From assembly GCA_038228485.1 (NCBI GenBank), contig JBBRPG010000001.1:588-64587 (forward strand): DNA of 64,000 nt, written 5' to 3'. Below are positions 55,044 through 64,000 of this stretch, in pieces (positions within the stretch are counted from its first letter, which is position 1; each line of letters opens with the position of its first letter). The notes below the pieces were generated by a model. It was not told where the DNA came from. It searched no databases and was given only the letters and a program-made list of their open reading frames with translations. A program made the translations under genes and the position numbers. The DNA is from Alphaproteobacteria bacterium (GTDB taxonomy: Bacteria > Pseudomonadota > Alphaproteobacteria > ATCC43930 > CGMCC-115725).

Positions 55044-55253
55044 TCACGCGCCGAGGGCGCCGCCGACAAATTGCTTGGTGCGTTCGTTATAGCGGCCCCA
55101 GATCGTATGGAAACCTTCACGTGCCGTGGCCGCCGCCTCCTCGGCCTCGGCCAAGGTCTCGTACATCCCCGCGCATTCGCAGTTCGGCGGCTGGCCTTTG
55201 ATCAAGCCCCAGCCCTGCACCCAGTCCTGATCCGTCCGATCGGTATCCGGCAT
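55044..55253 (-). CDS. Hypothetical 69-aa protein
   Basis: Track ORF with reasonable composition (MPDTDRTDQDWVQGWGLIKGQPPNCECAGMYETLAEAEEAA...). Located upstream of and co-directional with the LLM gene. No family recognised. Confidence 0.45.
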   Translation of the reverse strand: MPDTDRTDQDWVQGWGLIKGQPPNCECAGMYETLAEAEEAAATAREGFHTIWGRYNERTKQFVGGALGA

Positions 55254-55560
55254 TCGCGTCTCCGTCGGTTGTCGGCATCGTGCGCCGGTTGCCGCAGTCC
55301 CGGCAACGGCTCAACCCTCAGGGCAACGCGCCGCCGAGATGAGTGTTCCGCGATGACACAATCCGATCGCCTCATCGAAACCGAGCAGGAGGTCAAACCC
55401 TGCCGCAACAGCCGTGGGCCCAAAGCGGCGGCGTGGCGTGGCGCGAGCGCCGTCTGTCGGAACCCTGCTCCGGCGATAGACGCTATCCGCTCCAAGGGCC
55501 ATAAATAGCGAGGTCCGCAACGCTCATCTGCGTTGGAGGGCTCGACGCAGGAGGGACCGC

Positions 55561-57258
55561 ATGTCCGCCGAGGCATTTCTCAAAGCCCGCGAATTCCTGT
55601 TCGCCAACCGCACCGATTACGACACCGCGTACCGCGACTTCCGCTGGCCGATGCTCGACAAGTTCAACTGGGCGCTCGACTATTTCGACCGGATGGCGCG
55701 CGGCAACGAGCGGCCGGCGCTGTGGATCGTCAATCAGGGGAGCGGCGGCGAGGCCGGGACCGAAGTCAAAATATCGTTCGCCGAGATGGCCGAACGTTCG
55801 AACCGCGTCGCCAACTACCTGCGCGGGCTCGGGGTCGGGCGTGGCGACCGTATTCTGCTGATGCTCGGCAATGTCGTGCCGCTGTGGGAGGTCATGCTCG
55901 CGGCGATGAAGCTGGGCGCGGTGACGATCCCGGCGACGACGCTGTTGACCCGCGACGACCTGATCGACCGCTTCGACCGCGGCCGCGCTCGCCATGTCGT
56001 CACCGGCAGCGACAACGCCGCGAAATTCGCCGACATCACCGGCGACTACACCCGCATTGCGATCGGCGACACGGTGCCGGGGTGGCACGACTATGCCGGT
56101 GCCGGCGGCGCGCCCGCGAGGTTCGCGCCCGACGGCGAGACCAAGGCGACCGACCCGCTGCTGCTTTATTTCACATCGGGCACCACGGCGAAGCCCAAGC
56201 TGGTGCTGCACAGCCACCAGAGTTATCCGGTCGGCTCGCTGTCGACGATGTACTGGATCGGCCTCAAGCCCGGCGACATCCACCTGAACATTTCGTCGCC
56301 GGGCTGGGCCAAGCATGCCTGGAGCTGCGTCTTTACCCCGTGGGTCGCCGAGGCCTGCGTGTTCATGCTCAACCAGCCGCGGTTCAACGCCAAGGCGCTG
56401 CTCGACGCGCTCGTGCGCTACCGGGTGACGACGTTCTGCGCGCCCCCGACCGTGTGGCGCATGCTGATCCAGGAGAATCTGAAATCGTGGAAAGTGGCGC
56501 TGAAGGAGGTGGTCGGCGCCGGCGAGCCCCTCAACCCCGAGATCATCGAGCAGGTGCGCGCGGCCTGGGGGCTGACTATCCGCGACGGCTATGGCCAGAC
56601 CGAGACGACCCTGCAACTCGGCAATTTCCCCGGCCAGACGGTGAAGCCTGGCGCGGTCGGCAAGCCGGCGCCCGGCTATCGCGTGCGCCTGCTCGATGCC
56701 GACGGCGCCGATCAGGACGAGGCGGAGATATCGCTGGCGCTCGACCCGCCGCCCTTGGGTCTGATGCAGGGTTATCAGGGCGATGACGGCGCTGTAGTGC
56801 CGGTCGCGGGCGCCGCCTATCGCACCGGCGACGTGGCGATGCGCGACGCGGACGGATACTTCACCTATATCGGCCGTTCCGACGACGTGTTCAAAGCGTC
56901 CGACTACCGGATCAGCCCGTTCGAGCTCGAAAGCGCGCTGATCGAGCACGCCGCAATCGCCGAGGCGGCGGTGGTGCCATCGCCCGATCCGCTGCGCCTC
57001 GCGGTACCGAAAGCGTTTGTCGCGCTTGCCGGCAGCCACATCCCGAACCGCGACACGGCGCTGGAGATTTTCCGGCATTGCCGCGCGACCTTGGCGCCGT
57101 TCAAGCGGGTGCGGCGGCTCGAATTCGCCGAATTGCCGAAGACGATCTCCGGCAAGATCCGCCGGGTCGAGCTGCGAACCGCCGAAGCCGAGCGCCGCAC
57201 CGCCGGCCAACGCGCCGAAACCGAATTCTGGGAGGAGGATTTCCCGGAACTGCAGTAG
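55561..57258 (+). CDS. AMP-forming acyl-CoA synthetase (medium-chain/acetoacetyl-type)
   Basis: RBS AGGAGGG. LLYFTSGTTAKPKLVLHSH, YGQTET, YRTGDVAMRDADGYFTYIGRSDD and GKIRR are adenylate-forming enzyme motifs. Confidence 0.85.
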   Translation: MSAEAFLKAREFLFANRTDYDTAYRDFRWPMLDKFNWALDYFDRMARGNERPALWIVNQGSGGEAGTEVKISFAEMAERSNRVANYLRGLGVGRGDRILLMLGNVVPLWEVMLAAMKLGAVTIPATTLLTRDDLIDRFDRGRARHVVTGSDNAAKFADITGDYTRIAIGDTVPGWHDYAGAGGAPARFAPDGETKATDPLLLYFTSGTTAKPKLVLHSHQSYPVGSLSTMYWIGLKPGDIHLNISSPGWAKHAWSCVFTPWVAEACVFMLNQPRFNAKALLDALVRYRVTTFCAPPTVWRMLIQENLKSWKVALKEVVGAGEPLNPEIIEQVRAAWGLTIRDGYGQTETTLQLGNFPGQTVKPGAVGKPAPGYRVRLLDADGADQDEAEISLALDPPPLGLMQGYQGDDGAVVPVAGAAYRTGDVAMRDADGYFTYIGRSDDVFKASDYRISPFELESALIEHAAIAEAAVVPSPDPLRLAVPKAFVALAGSHIPNRDTALEIFRHCRATLAPFKRVRRLEFAELPKTISGKIRRVELRTAEAERRTAGQRAETEFWEEDFPELQ

Positions 57259-57434
57259 GCGCTCAAATCGAATTCCCTCCCCCGGCTTGACCCGAGAGCC
57301 ACGTCTTCGTTAGCGGGCAACGAGGGATAAGACGTGGATGGCCGGATCAAGCCCGGCCAAGGAAAATAGGAGATGGCTTTGACAACGCGCCACAGCGGTT
57401 GACCCGTGCCCAAGCCATAGGCATTTAGAAACCA

Positions 57435-59354
57435 ATGTTCCGTTTCTTCGAACGCCTGATCGAGCCGACCGACAAGCCGCCGGACATAGCGCCGCCCGAG
57501 CTCGGCAGCCCGCAAGCGCTCGTCCGCTTCTATTGGCATTTCGTGCGGCAGATCCCCGGTCTGCTCAGCGCGCTGTTCGTAACCGGGTTCATCGTCGCGC
57601 TGCTCGATGCGGCGATCCCAGTCTTTATCGGCCGCATCGCCACGCTGGTGACCTCGCAATCGCCGGACGCCATCTGGCAGACCGCCGGCTGGCAGCTCCT
57701 CGGGATGGCGCTGTTGCTGCTGGTGCTGCGGCCGATCGCGCATTTCGCCTCGGCGCTGGTCACCAACCAGGCGCTGATCCCCGGCCTCACCAACCTGACG
57801 CGCTGGCAAAGCCATTGGCATGTCGTGCGCCAGGGCTGGACCTATTTTCAGAACGATTTTGCCGGCCGCATCGCCAATCGGGTGATGCAAACCGGTCCGG
57901 CACTGCGCGAAAGCGTCGTCTCCAGCATCAACGCGGTCTGGTACATCCTGGTCTACGGGGCCAGCGCCGCATTGCTCCTCGCCGCCGCCGACTGGCGGCT
58001 GGCGTTGCCGATCGTCTGCTGGTTCGCAACCTATGCCGCAGTGCTGCGGATGTTCCTGCCGCGCATGCGCGAGCGCTCGCGCCGCATGTCGGAGATGCGC
58101 TCCGAGGTCACCGGCCGGGTGGTCGACAGCTACACCAACATCCTGACCGTCAAGTTGTTCGCCCGCGCCCGCGACGAGGACAATTTCGTCCGCGAGGCGG
58201 TCGACGAGCACACCCACGCCTATCGCCGTCAGCTCAGAATGACCTCGGCGTGGGGCGTTTCGCTGATCCTGATGAACGCGGCGCTGCTGACCGGCACCGG
58301 AGGGCTGGCGATCGCCTTGTGGGCGCGCGGCCGCATCCCGATCGGCACCGTGGCGATGGCGATCCCGATGGCCTGGCAGATCGGCAACATCGCCGGCTGG
58401 GTGGCGCAGCAGATCGCCAATATCTTCGACAATATCGGCCAGGTGCAGGACGGCATGCGCTCGATCGCGGTGCCGCGGGAAATGCCGGACGAGCCCGGCG
58501 CTGTCGAGATCGAGCGCGCGGTCGGCGCGGTGCGGTTCGAGAACGTGCATTTCGACTATGGCCGCAGCCCCCGGCGCGGCGGCGTGCTACGCGGGCTCGA
58601 CCTCGACGTCGCCCCGGGCGAGCGCGTGGGCCTGGTCGGCCGCTCCGGCGCCGGCAAGTCGACCCTGGTGAACCTGCTGCTGGGTTTTTACCGGCCGGAG
58701 CAGGGCCGCATCCTGGTCGACGGGCGCGACATCGCCGGGTTGACCCAAGAAAGCCTGCGCGCGCAGATCGGCATGGTGACGCAAGACACCTCGCTGCTGC
58801 ACCGCTCGATCCGCGACAACATCCGCTACGGCCGTCCCGACGCGGGCGAGGCCGAGATCGAGGACGCGGCGCGCCGCGCCCACGCCACCGAGTTCATCGA
58901 GGGCCTGGAAGACTGGCACCAGCGCACGGCGTTCGACGCCCATGTCGGCGAGCGCGGGGTCAAGCTGTCGGGCGGTCAGCGCCAGCGCATCGCCTTGGCC
59001 CGGGTCATCCTCAAGGACGCGCCGATCCTGGTGCTCGACGAGGCGACCTCGGCGCTCGATTCGGAGGTCGAGGCCGCGATCCAGGAGCAATTGGACGCGC
59101 TGATGGAAGGGCGCACGGTGATCGCGATCGCCCACCGCTTGTCGACAATCTGCCGGATGGACCGGCTGGTGGTGCTCGACCGCGGCCGCATCATCGAGGA
59201 AGGCACCCACGACCAGCTGCTCGCCAAGGGCGGCGCCTATGCCGCGCTGTGGCGGCGCCAATCGGGCGGGTTCCGGGTCGATCCCCTAGGGGACTTGCCA
59301 GGGGATTTGCCGGGGGACTTGCCGGGCCGCGAACGCGAGACGATCGGAGTCTAG
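57435..59354 (+). CDS. ABC exporter, fused permease/ATP-binding protein (MsbA-like half transporter)
   Basis: Six-TM N-terminal half. Walker A GRSGAGKST, signature [14 protein letters not shown], Walker B ILVLDEATS. Confidence 0.85.
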   Translation: MFRFFERLIEPTDKPPDIAPPELGSPQALVRFYWHFVRQIPGLLSALFVTGFIVALLDAAIPVFIGRIATLVTSQSPDAIWQTAGWQLLGMALLLLVLRPIAHFASALVTNQALIPGLTNLTRWQSHWHVVRQGWTYFQNDFAGRIANRVMQTGPALRESVVSSINAVWYILVYGASAALLLAAADWRLALPIVCWFATYAAVLRMFLPRMRERSRRMSEMRSEVTGRVVDSYTNILTVKLFARARDEDNFVREAVDEHTHAYRRQLRMTSAWGVSLILMNAALLTGTGGLAIALWARGRIPIGTVAMAIPMAWQIGNIAGWVAQQIANIFDNIGQVQDGMRSIAVPREMPDEPGAVEIERAVGAVRFENVHFDYGRSPRRGGVLRGLDLDVAPGERVGLVGRSGAGKSTLVNLLLGFYRPEQGRILVDGRDIAGLTQESLRAQIGMVTQDTSLLHRSIRDNIRYGRPDAGEAEIEDAARRAHATEFIEGLEDWHQRTAFDAHVGERGVKLSGGQRQRIALARVILKDAPILVLDEATSALDSEVEAAIQEQLDALMEGRTVIAIAHRLSTICRMDRLVVLDRGRIIEEGTHDQLLAKGGAYAALWRRQSGGFRVDPLGDLPGDLPGDLPGRERETIGV

Positions 59355-59474
59355 CGCCGAGGACCCGCGGATTCGGCGCGATCGTTGCGGCGATGCTTCC
59401 AGAAATTTAACCATCTTGCGCGAATAATGCCTCGCTTCGGGGTAGTCGTTGGCGTTGGGGGCCTGCCTGTGGAA

Positions 59475-60770
59475 ATGGAACCGCTGATCTTTGTCGGCAC
59501 CTGCGATCTGGCGGGATTGGTGCGCGGCAAGGCCTTTCCGCAAACCGCGCTGTCGCAGCGGCAGCGCGAGGGCGTCGGCCTCGCGCCCAGCAACATCATG
59601 ATGTCGGCGTTCGGGCCCATCTACGATTCGCCTTACGGCACGCAAGGCGATTTGATGCTGGTCCCGGACCTCAGCACCTATGTCGAGGTCGATTTCGACG
59701 GCAGCGCGGCCGAACGGTTCTACCTCGGCGACATCCTCACCATCGTCGGGCATTACTGGCAGTGCTGCCCGCGTCATTTCTTGCGCCGCGCGCTGGAGGC
59801 GCTCGAGCGGCAAGCCGGCTTCGGCGTCGTTGCCGCGTTCGAGCAGGAATTCGTCTATACCGGGGTCGAAGACCGCCCTGGCGCGTCCTATTCGCTCGAC
59901 GCGCACCGCCGTCAGGGCGGGTTCGGCGAGCACCTGATGGCGGCGATCCGGGACGCCGGGCTGGTTCCGGACACGTTCCTGCCGGAATACGGCGCCCGCC
60001 AATTCGAGATGACCATCGCTCCGGCGCGCGGCATGCGCGCGGCCGACGAAGCGGTCATCTCCCGCGAGATGGCGCGGGCGGTGGCGCATCGGCGCGGGCA
60101 TCGCGCGATCTTTGCCCCGATCCTCGACCCCGACGGGATCGGCAACGGCACCCACATCCATTTCAGCCTGCGCGACCACGACGAAAAGCCGGTGCTCTAC
60201 GATCCGATCCGCCCGTGGCGGCTGAGCGGTATCGGCGAGCATTTTATCGCCGGCATCATCGAGCACCTGCCGATTCTGGCCGCGATCACGGCCCCGTCAG
60301 CAGCGTCCTATTACCGTCTCCAGCCGGACCGCTGGGCGCCGATTTGGGCCAATATCGGACTGCAGGACCGCGGCGCCGCGATTCGCATCTGCCCGATCTT
60401 CGGGCCGCCGGCGGCGCATAATTTCAACGTCGAGTACCGCGTCGCCGACGCCACGGCGAGCCCCTATATGGCGCTGGGCGCGTTGGTCTGGGCTGGGCTC
60501 GACGGGATCAAGCGCAAGCTGACGCTGGCCGCCCCCGCCGATGAGGATTTCGGGGAAATCAGCGCAAGTCAGCGGGGCGAGGTGGGAACCCGGCCGCTGC
60601 CGAGCTCGCTGGGCGAATCGCTCGAATTGCTCGCCGCCAGCCACACCGCGCGCGAATGGTTCGGCGACGAATTTTTCGACGTCTATGTGCGCTTCAAACG
60701 CGCTGAGCTGAAGGTCGTCGAGGGGCTGAGCCCGACCGAGATCTGCGCCCGCTACGCCGAGATCTATTGA
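59475..60770 (+). CDS. Glutamine synthetase family protein (GS-like gamma-glutamyl ligase)
   Basis: FEQEF, PEYGARQFEM, NGTHIHFSL, YYRL and RICP are GS catalytic-domain landmarks. The start is uncertain (59475 MEPLIF or 59427 MPRFG). Confidence 0.75.
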   Translation: MEPLIFVGTCDLAGLVRGKAFPQTALSQRQREGVGLAPSNIMMSAFGPIYDSPYGTQGDLMLVPDLSTYVEVDFDGSAAERFYLGDILTIVGHYWQCCPRHFLRRALEALERQAGFGVVAAFEQEFVYTGVEDRPGASYSLDAHRRQGGFGEHLMAAIRDAGLVPDTFLPEYGARQFEMTIAPARGMRAADEAVISREMARAVAHRRGHRAIFAPILDPDGIGNGTHIHFSLRDHDEKPVLYDPIRPWRLSGIGEHFIAGIIEHLPILAAITAPSAASYYRLQPDRWAPIWANIGLQDRGAAIRICPIFGPPAAHNFNVEYRVADATASPYMALGALVWAGLDGIKRKLTLAAPADEDFGEISASQRGEVGTRPLPSSLGESLELLAASHTAREWFGDEFFDVYVRFKRAELKVVEGLSPTEICARYAEIY

Positions 60771-60787
60771 GCCGCTAGTATGGGCGC

Positions 60788-61567
60788 ATGACCGCGCCCA
60801 AAACGAACTTGCTGGCCGCCGACGAACCGAACCCGGTGCGGGTGCTACGGCCCACGGGCGGCTCGGATTTCCTGCTGACCGCCGACCATGCCGGGCGGCT
60901 GATCCCGCGCGCGCTCGGCACGCTCGGCGTCTCCGCCAGCGAGCTTGAACGCCACATCGCCTGGGACATCGGCATTGCCGGCGTCACCGAGACGCTGTCG
61001 GGGCTGCTCGATGCGGCGGCGGTGCTGCAGGCCTATTCGCGATTGGTGATCGACTGCAACCGCGCGCCCGACCACCCGACCTCGATCCCGTCGATCAGCG
61101 AATTCACTCCGGTCCCCGGCAACGAGGGCTTGTCCGACAAGGCGCGCGCCGCCCGCCGGCAGGCGGTCTTCGATCCCTATCACGCCGCGATTGCCGGGTT
61201 GCTCGACGCGCGGCGGGCCGCCGGGCGCCGCACCGTGCTGATCGCGATGCACAGCTTTACCCCGGTGTTCAGGGGCGTCGGCCGCGCCGTCGAGGTCGGC
61301 GTGCTGTACCACCATCCGACACCGCTCTCGCGGCTCATGCTTGAGCTGCTGCGGGCTGAGGGCGACCTCGCCGTCGGCGACAACGAACCTTACGCGATCA
61401 CCGACGACAGCGACTACACGATCCCGGTGCACGGCGAAGCCAACGGCCTCGACCATGTCGAGATCGAAATCCGCCAGGATTTGATCGCCGGCTCTGCCGG
61501 CCAGGACGAATGGGCGCGCCGCATGGCGCGGCTGTTCGGCGCGGCAAACGAGCGCCTCGCCCGATAG
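60788..61567 (+). CDS. N-formylglutamate amidohydrolase family protein
   Basis: LLTADHAGRLIP, RLVIDCNR and IAMHSFTP are FGase-family motifs. Confidence 0.8.
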   Translation: MTAPKTNLLAADEPNPVRVLRPTGGSDFLLTADHAGRLIPRALGTLGVSASELERHIAWDIGIAGVTETLSGLLDAAAVLQAYSRLVIDCNRAPDHPTSIPSISEFTPVPGNEGLSDKARAARRQAVFDPYHAAIAGLLDARRAAGRRTVLIAMHSFTPVFRGVGRAVEVGVLYHHPTPLSRLMLELLRAEGDLAVGDNEPYAITDDSDYTIPVHGEANGLDHVEIEIRQDLIAGSAGQDEWARRMARLFGAANERLAR

Positions 61568-61576
61568 AATCCCAGC

Positions 61577-62149
61577 CTATTTGTCCGCTGCCGGGGAGGC
61601 CAGGCCATCCGGCGGCCACACCATGAGCCCCTCCGCCAGCGGAATGCGCAGGTTGCGGAACAGCAGCGAAAACATCATCCAGTTGCCCATGGCGATGATG
61701 AATTCGACCTGCTGTCCGGGGTCGGCGACATGCTTTGCCACCTCGGACCAAGCGGCGTCCGAAATCGATTTGCCGGCAAGACACTCGTCGGTGGCGGCAA
61801 GGATCGCCCTGTCCGCCGGCGTCAGGTGCGTGGCGTTGCGCCAGTCGCGCACCGCCAGGATATCATCGGGCGGGATGCCCGCGGTGGTCGCCACCCGCCA
61901 GTGCTGCGTCCACTCGTAGGCCGAGCCGGTGACCCAGCCGATCCGCATGATCATCAGCTCGCGCAGCCGGGTGTCGAACTTGTTGTTCTCCAGCAGCTGC
62001 ATCAGCTGGCTGAACGCGACCCGCGCGACGCCGGGATTGTTGGCGACCACGCGAAACGCCTCGCTCTGGGTGCGCCGGGCCGGCATACCCATCGCGTCGC
62101 CGAGCTCGCGGGCACGCTCCGGCGATACCATTGGCACGCGTAAGGTCAT
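61577..62149 (-). CDS. Carboxymuconolactone decarboxylase (AhpD-like) family protein
   Basis: Start at MTLRVP (ATG at 62149). LRELMIMRIGWVTGSAYEWTQHWRVA is typical of the CMD family. The upstream extension of the track ORF is a duplicated gene fragment. Confidence 0.7.
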   Translation of the reverse strand: MTLRVPMVSPERARELGDAMGMPARRTQSEAFRVVANNPGVARVAFSQLMQLLENNKFDTRLRELMIMRIGWVTGSAYEWTQHWRVATTAGIPPDDILAVRDWRNATHLTPADRAILAATDECLAGKSISDAAWSEVAKHVADPGQQVEFIIAMGNWMMFSLLFRNLRIPLAEGLMVWPPDGLASPAADK

Positions 62150-62201
62150 CGTCACTCTCCCCTTGCCGTTTCCTGATCGTGCCTCGGCGGCGCCGCTCAA
62201 A

Positions 62202-62254
62202 TCGAACAGCGCCAGGCCGATCGCGTCGCCCATCGTGCGATACCCGAGATCGCT
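62202..62254. repeat. 53-nt direct repeat (partner at 62668-62720); this copy is a relic of the 3' end of the SGNH hydrolase gene
   Basis: tcgaacagcgccaggccgatcgcgtcgcccatcgtgcgatacccgagatcgct versus tcgaatagcgccaagtcgatcgcgtcgcccatcgtgcaatagccgagatcgct (5 mismatches). On the minus strand it encodes SDLGYRTMGDAIGLALFD versus SDLGYCTMGDAIDLALFE. Confidence 0.85.
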
Positions 62255-62320
62255 GTGAAAGGAATGTCTTGCGGCGGTGTTCGTTGTTCGGAAGCAAACG
62301 CTCGTTGACGGGAGGACTTC

Positions 62321-62620
62321 ATGCGATCAGCAATTCTGGTTTTGGCCGGCGCCCTCGGTTTGATGGCCGCCGCGACGCTTGCAAACGCCGCTCCGGCTGT
62401 CCCGAGTTCGGGTACTCAGCAAGCTTCGAACATCGTTCAGATCGCCGGCGGATGCGGCCCGGGGTTTCATCCCAACCGTTGGGGCCGCTGCGTCCCGTTC
62501 CGCTATGGCTACGGCCCCCGCCCCTATTGGCGCGGCGGCTACGCCCGGCCCTGGGCGGGCGATTACGGTGCTGCCGAACAGCTCAACCGGCGAGAGCTGG
62601 GACGCATTTACGGCTATTAA
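62321..62620 (+). CDS. Small secreted Gly/Tyr/Arg-rich protein with a GCGPGxH...GRC motif (GCG_CRPN-prefix-like)
   Basis: RBS GGGAGGA. Signal peptide MRSAILVLAGALGLMAAATLANA. GGCGPGFHPNRWGRCVPFRYGYGPRPYWRGGY. Confidence 0.6.
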   Translation: MRSAILVLAGALGLMAAATLANAAPAVPSSGTQQASNIVQIAGGCGPGFHPNRWGRCVPFRYGYGPRPYWRGGYARPWAGDYGAAEQLNRRELGRIYGY

Positions 62621-62660
62621 CCGCTTTGCGCGGCCGGATCATCGGTTCCACGCGAAGCAA

Positions 62661-63818
62661 TTATTGCTCGAATAGCGCCAAGTCGATCGCGTCGCCCATC
62701 GTGCAATAGCCGAGATCGCTCGGGTGCAGATGGTCGCCGCAATCGAATTTCGGCACCATGCGCAGCGGATTTTCCGGGTCGCGCAATGCCTGGTCGAAAT
62801 CGATCAGGGAGTCGAACGCGCTGCCCTCGCGCAGCCAGGCGTTGACCGCCTGCCGCACGGTCTCGCGCCGCGGGTTCCACGCGCCGGGCAGAAAGGTTTC
62901 GTTCCAGTACGGGGTCAGGGTGCAGCCGAGCATCTTGATCCCGCGCGCCTGACCGCGCAGCGCGATTTGCTTGAGTCCGGCGATCATCTGCGCGGCGGTG
63001 ACCTCCTCCTCGGGCTTGGCGCTGCGGTTTCGCAGGTCGTTGGTGCCGAGCATGATGATCGCGTGGGTGACGCCGGGCTGGGCGATCACGTCGCGGTCGA
63101 GCCGGCGCAGCCCGCTGTCGCCGCGCACATCGTGGAGGATGCGATTGCCGCCGAGCCCCTGGTTCATCACCGCCGCCGGCCGGCCACCGTGGTCCTTGGC
63201 GCGGGCGATAAGGCGGCGAGCCAGCTGCGACGGCCAGCTGTGGTGCCCGTCATGGGTCGAGATGTTGGCGTCGGTCAGCGAGTCGCCGACCGTGACGATG
63301 CCGAGCGTCTCCGTGGGCGCGACGACATCGACGCCGCAGACGAAATACCAGTCGTCGGTGAGCTTGCCGACCGGCATGGCCGTTTCCGAGGTGAAGTCGC
63401 CGACCGGCGAGATGTAGTTGGTCTGGCGCGCATAGCGCCCGGTGATGCCAAAGCTCGCCGGCAAATCCTGCGGCAGGTGGACGCTGACCGCGAGATCGGC
63501 CAAGGCGGGGACATTCAGATCGACCGGGTCGCTGACGATGACCGCGCCGGCGGCAATGGTGGCCTTGGCTTCGCCGCCGAAGGTGAGCCGGCGGTCGGAG
63601 CCGGGAACGATGGCGGGGCCCTGGTCGCGCAACGCCACCCGCGCGGCGCCGATCGCCAGCGGGCCGGCGCCATAGGCGTTCGAGATGCGCACCCGCACCA
63701 CGCTGCCGCCGAGGCTGACCCGTGGGGTCATGCGGATGGTGTGGTTGCCGAACGCGGCGCCCTCCGCCGGCGCCGGCGTTGCGGTCCAGGTGCCGACCCA
63801 ATGCCTGTTGTCGCTCAT
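62661..63818 (-). CDS. SGNH/GDSL-family hydrolase with an N-terminal beta-rich domain
   Basis: GDSLTD (block I), GLGGNR (block II), LGTNDL (block III) and DHLHPS (block V). Confidence 0.8.
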   Translation of the reverse strand: MSDNRHWVGTWTATPAPAEGAAFGNHTIRMTPRVSLGGSVVRVRISNAYGAGPLAIGAARVALRDQGPAIVPGSDRRLTFGGEAKATIAAGAVIVSDPVDLNVPALADLAVSVHLPQDLPASFGITGRYARQTNYISPVGDFTSETAMPVGKLTDDWYFVCGVDVVAPTETLGIVTVGDSLTDANISTHDGHHSWPSQLARRLIARAKDHGGRPAAVMNQGLGGNRILHDVRGDSGLRRLDRDVIAQPGVTHAIIMLGTNDLRNRSAKPEEEVTAAQMIAGLKQIALRGQARGIKMLGCTLTPYWNETFLPGAWNPRRETVRQAVNAWLREGSAFDSLIDFDQALRDPENPLRMVPKFDCGDHLHPSDLGYCTMGDAIDLALFEQ

Positions 63819-63827
63819 GGGGATCTC

Positions 63828-64000
63828 CTAAAGATAGGGATCGGGTTGCGCGAGATGGTTGGTGACGAAATCCGCGACCGCCTCTTCGAGCGGGGTGAAC
63901 GGCGCGTTGTAGCCGAGCCCGCGCAGCCGCTCCATCTTGGCTTCGGTAAAGTATTGGTAGTTCGGCCGGATCGCCGGCGGCGTGTCGACATATTCGATGT
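63828..64000 (-). CDS. hldD: ADP-L-glycero-D-manno-heptose 6-epimerase, C-terminal fragment (gene continues beyond the window end)
   Basis: Own translation ...IEYVDTPPAIRPNYQYFTEAKMERLRGLGYNAPFTPLEEAVADFVTNHL... resembles the C-terminus of HldD/RfaD (IEYIPFP..L.G.YQ.FT.AD...LR..GY..PF). Confidence 0.55.
   Translation of the reverse strand, partial: IEYVDTPPAIRPNYQYFTEAKMERLRGLGYNAPFTPLEEAVADFVTNHLAQPDPYL

Overview
This is a high-GC chromosomal segment (background well above 60% G+C by eye). The families of intergenic palindromic REP-like elements suggest an alphaproteobacterium of the Bradyrhizobium/Rhodopseudomonas type, but that placement is inference. I support about 60 protein-coding genes. 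They are mostly uptake and catabolic functions: a Liv-type ABC transporter with an embedded acyl-CoA synthetase, a Dpp-type ABC transporter, hydantoinase-like and N-carbamoyl-amino-acid amidohydrolases, asparaginase, VOC dioxygenases, a thiolase/DUF35 pair and a GS-like/FGase pair. There are also housekeeping genes (tadA, a pseudouridine synthase, rsmD, cysQ, comEC) and one vapBC toxin-antitoxin pair. I recognised no rRNA, tRNA, CRISPR array, transposase or integrase. The strongest anomaly is a ~0.9 kb AT-rich single-gene cassette (14622-15547) inserted within an operon. It encodes a membrane-anchored protein with an R-N-x3-H HEPN-like motif and an unassignable C-terminal domain, which makes it a candidate stand-alone defence or toxin gene. 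Other notable signals:
- an in-frame GC-rich palindromic element inside a COG0523 GTPase gene
- two loci built from phased CCTGTT(T/A)C decamers
- a 53-nt direct duplication flanking a tiny secreted-protein gene
- 36-nt tandem repeats encoding a His/Pro-rich tail
- five frameshifted genes, four of which would be restored by adding one base to an A/T position or short run and one by removing a G from a G9 tract, so assembly indels are suspected
All family calls rest on motif recognition by eye, and no database search was run.
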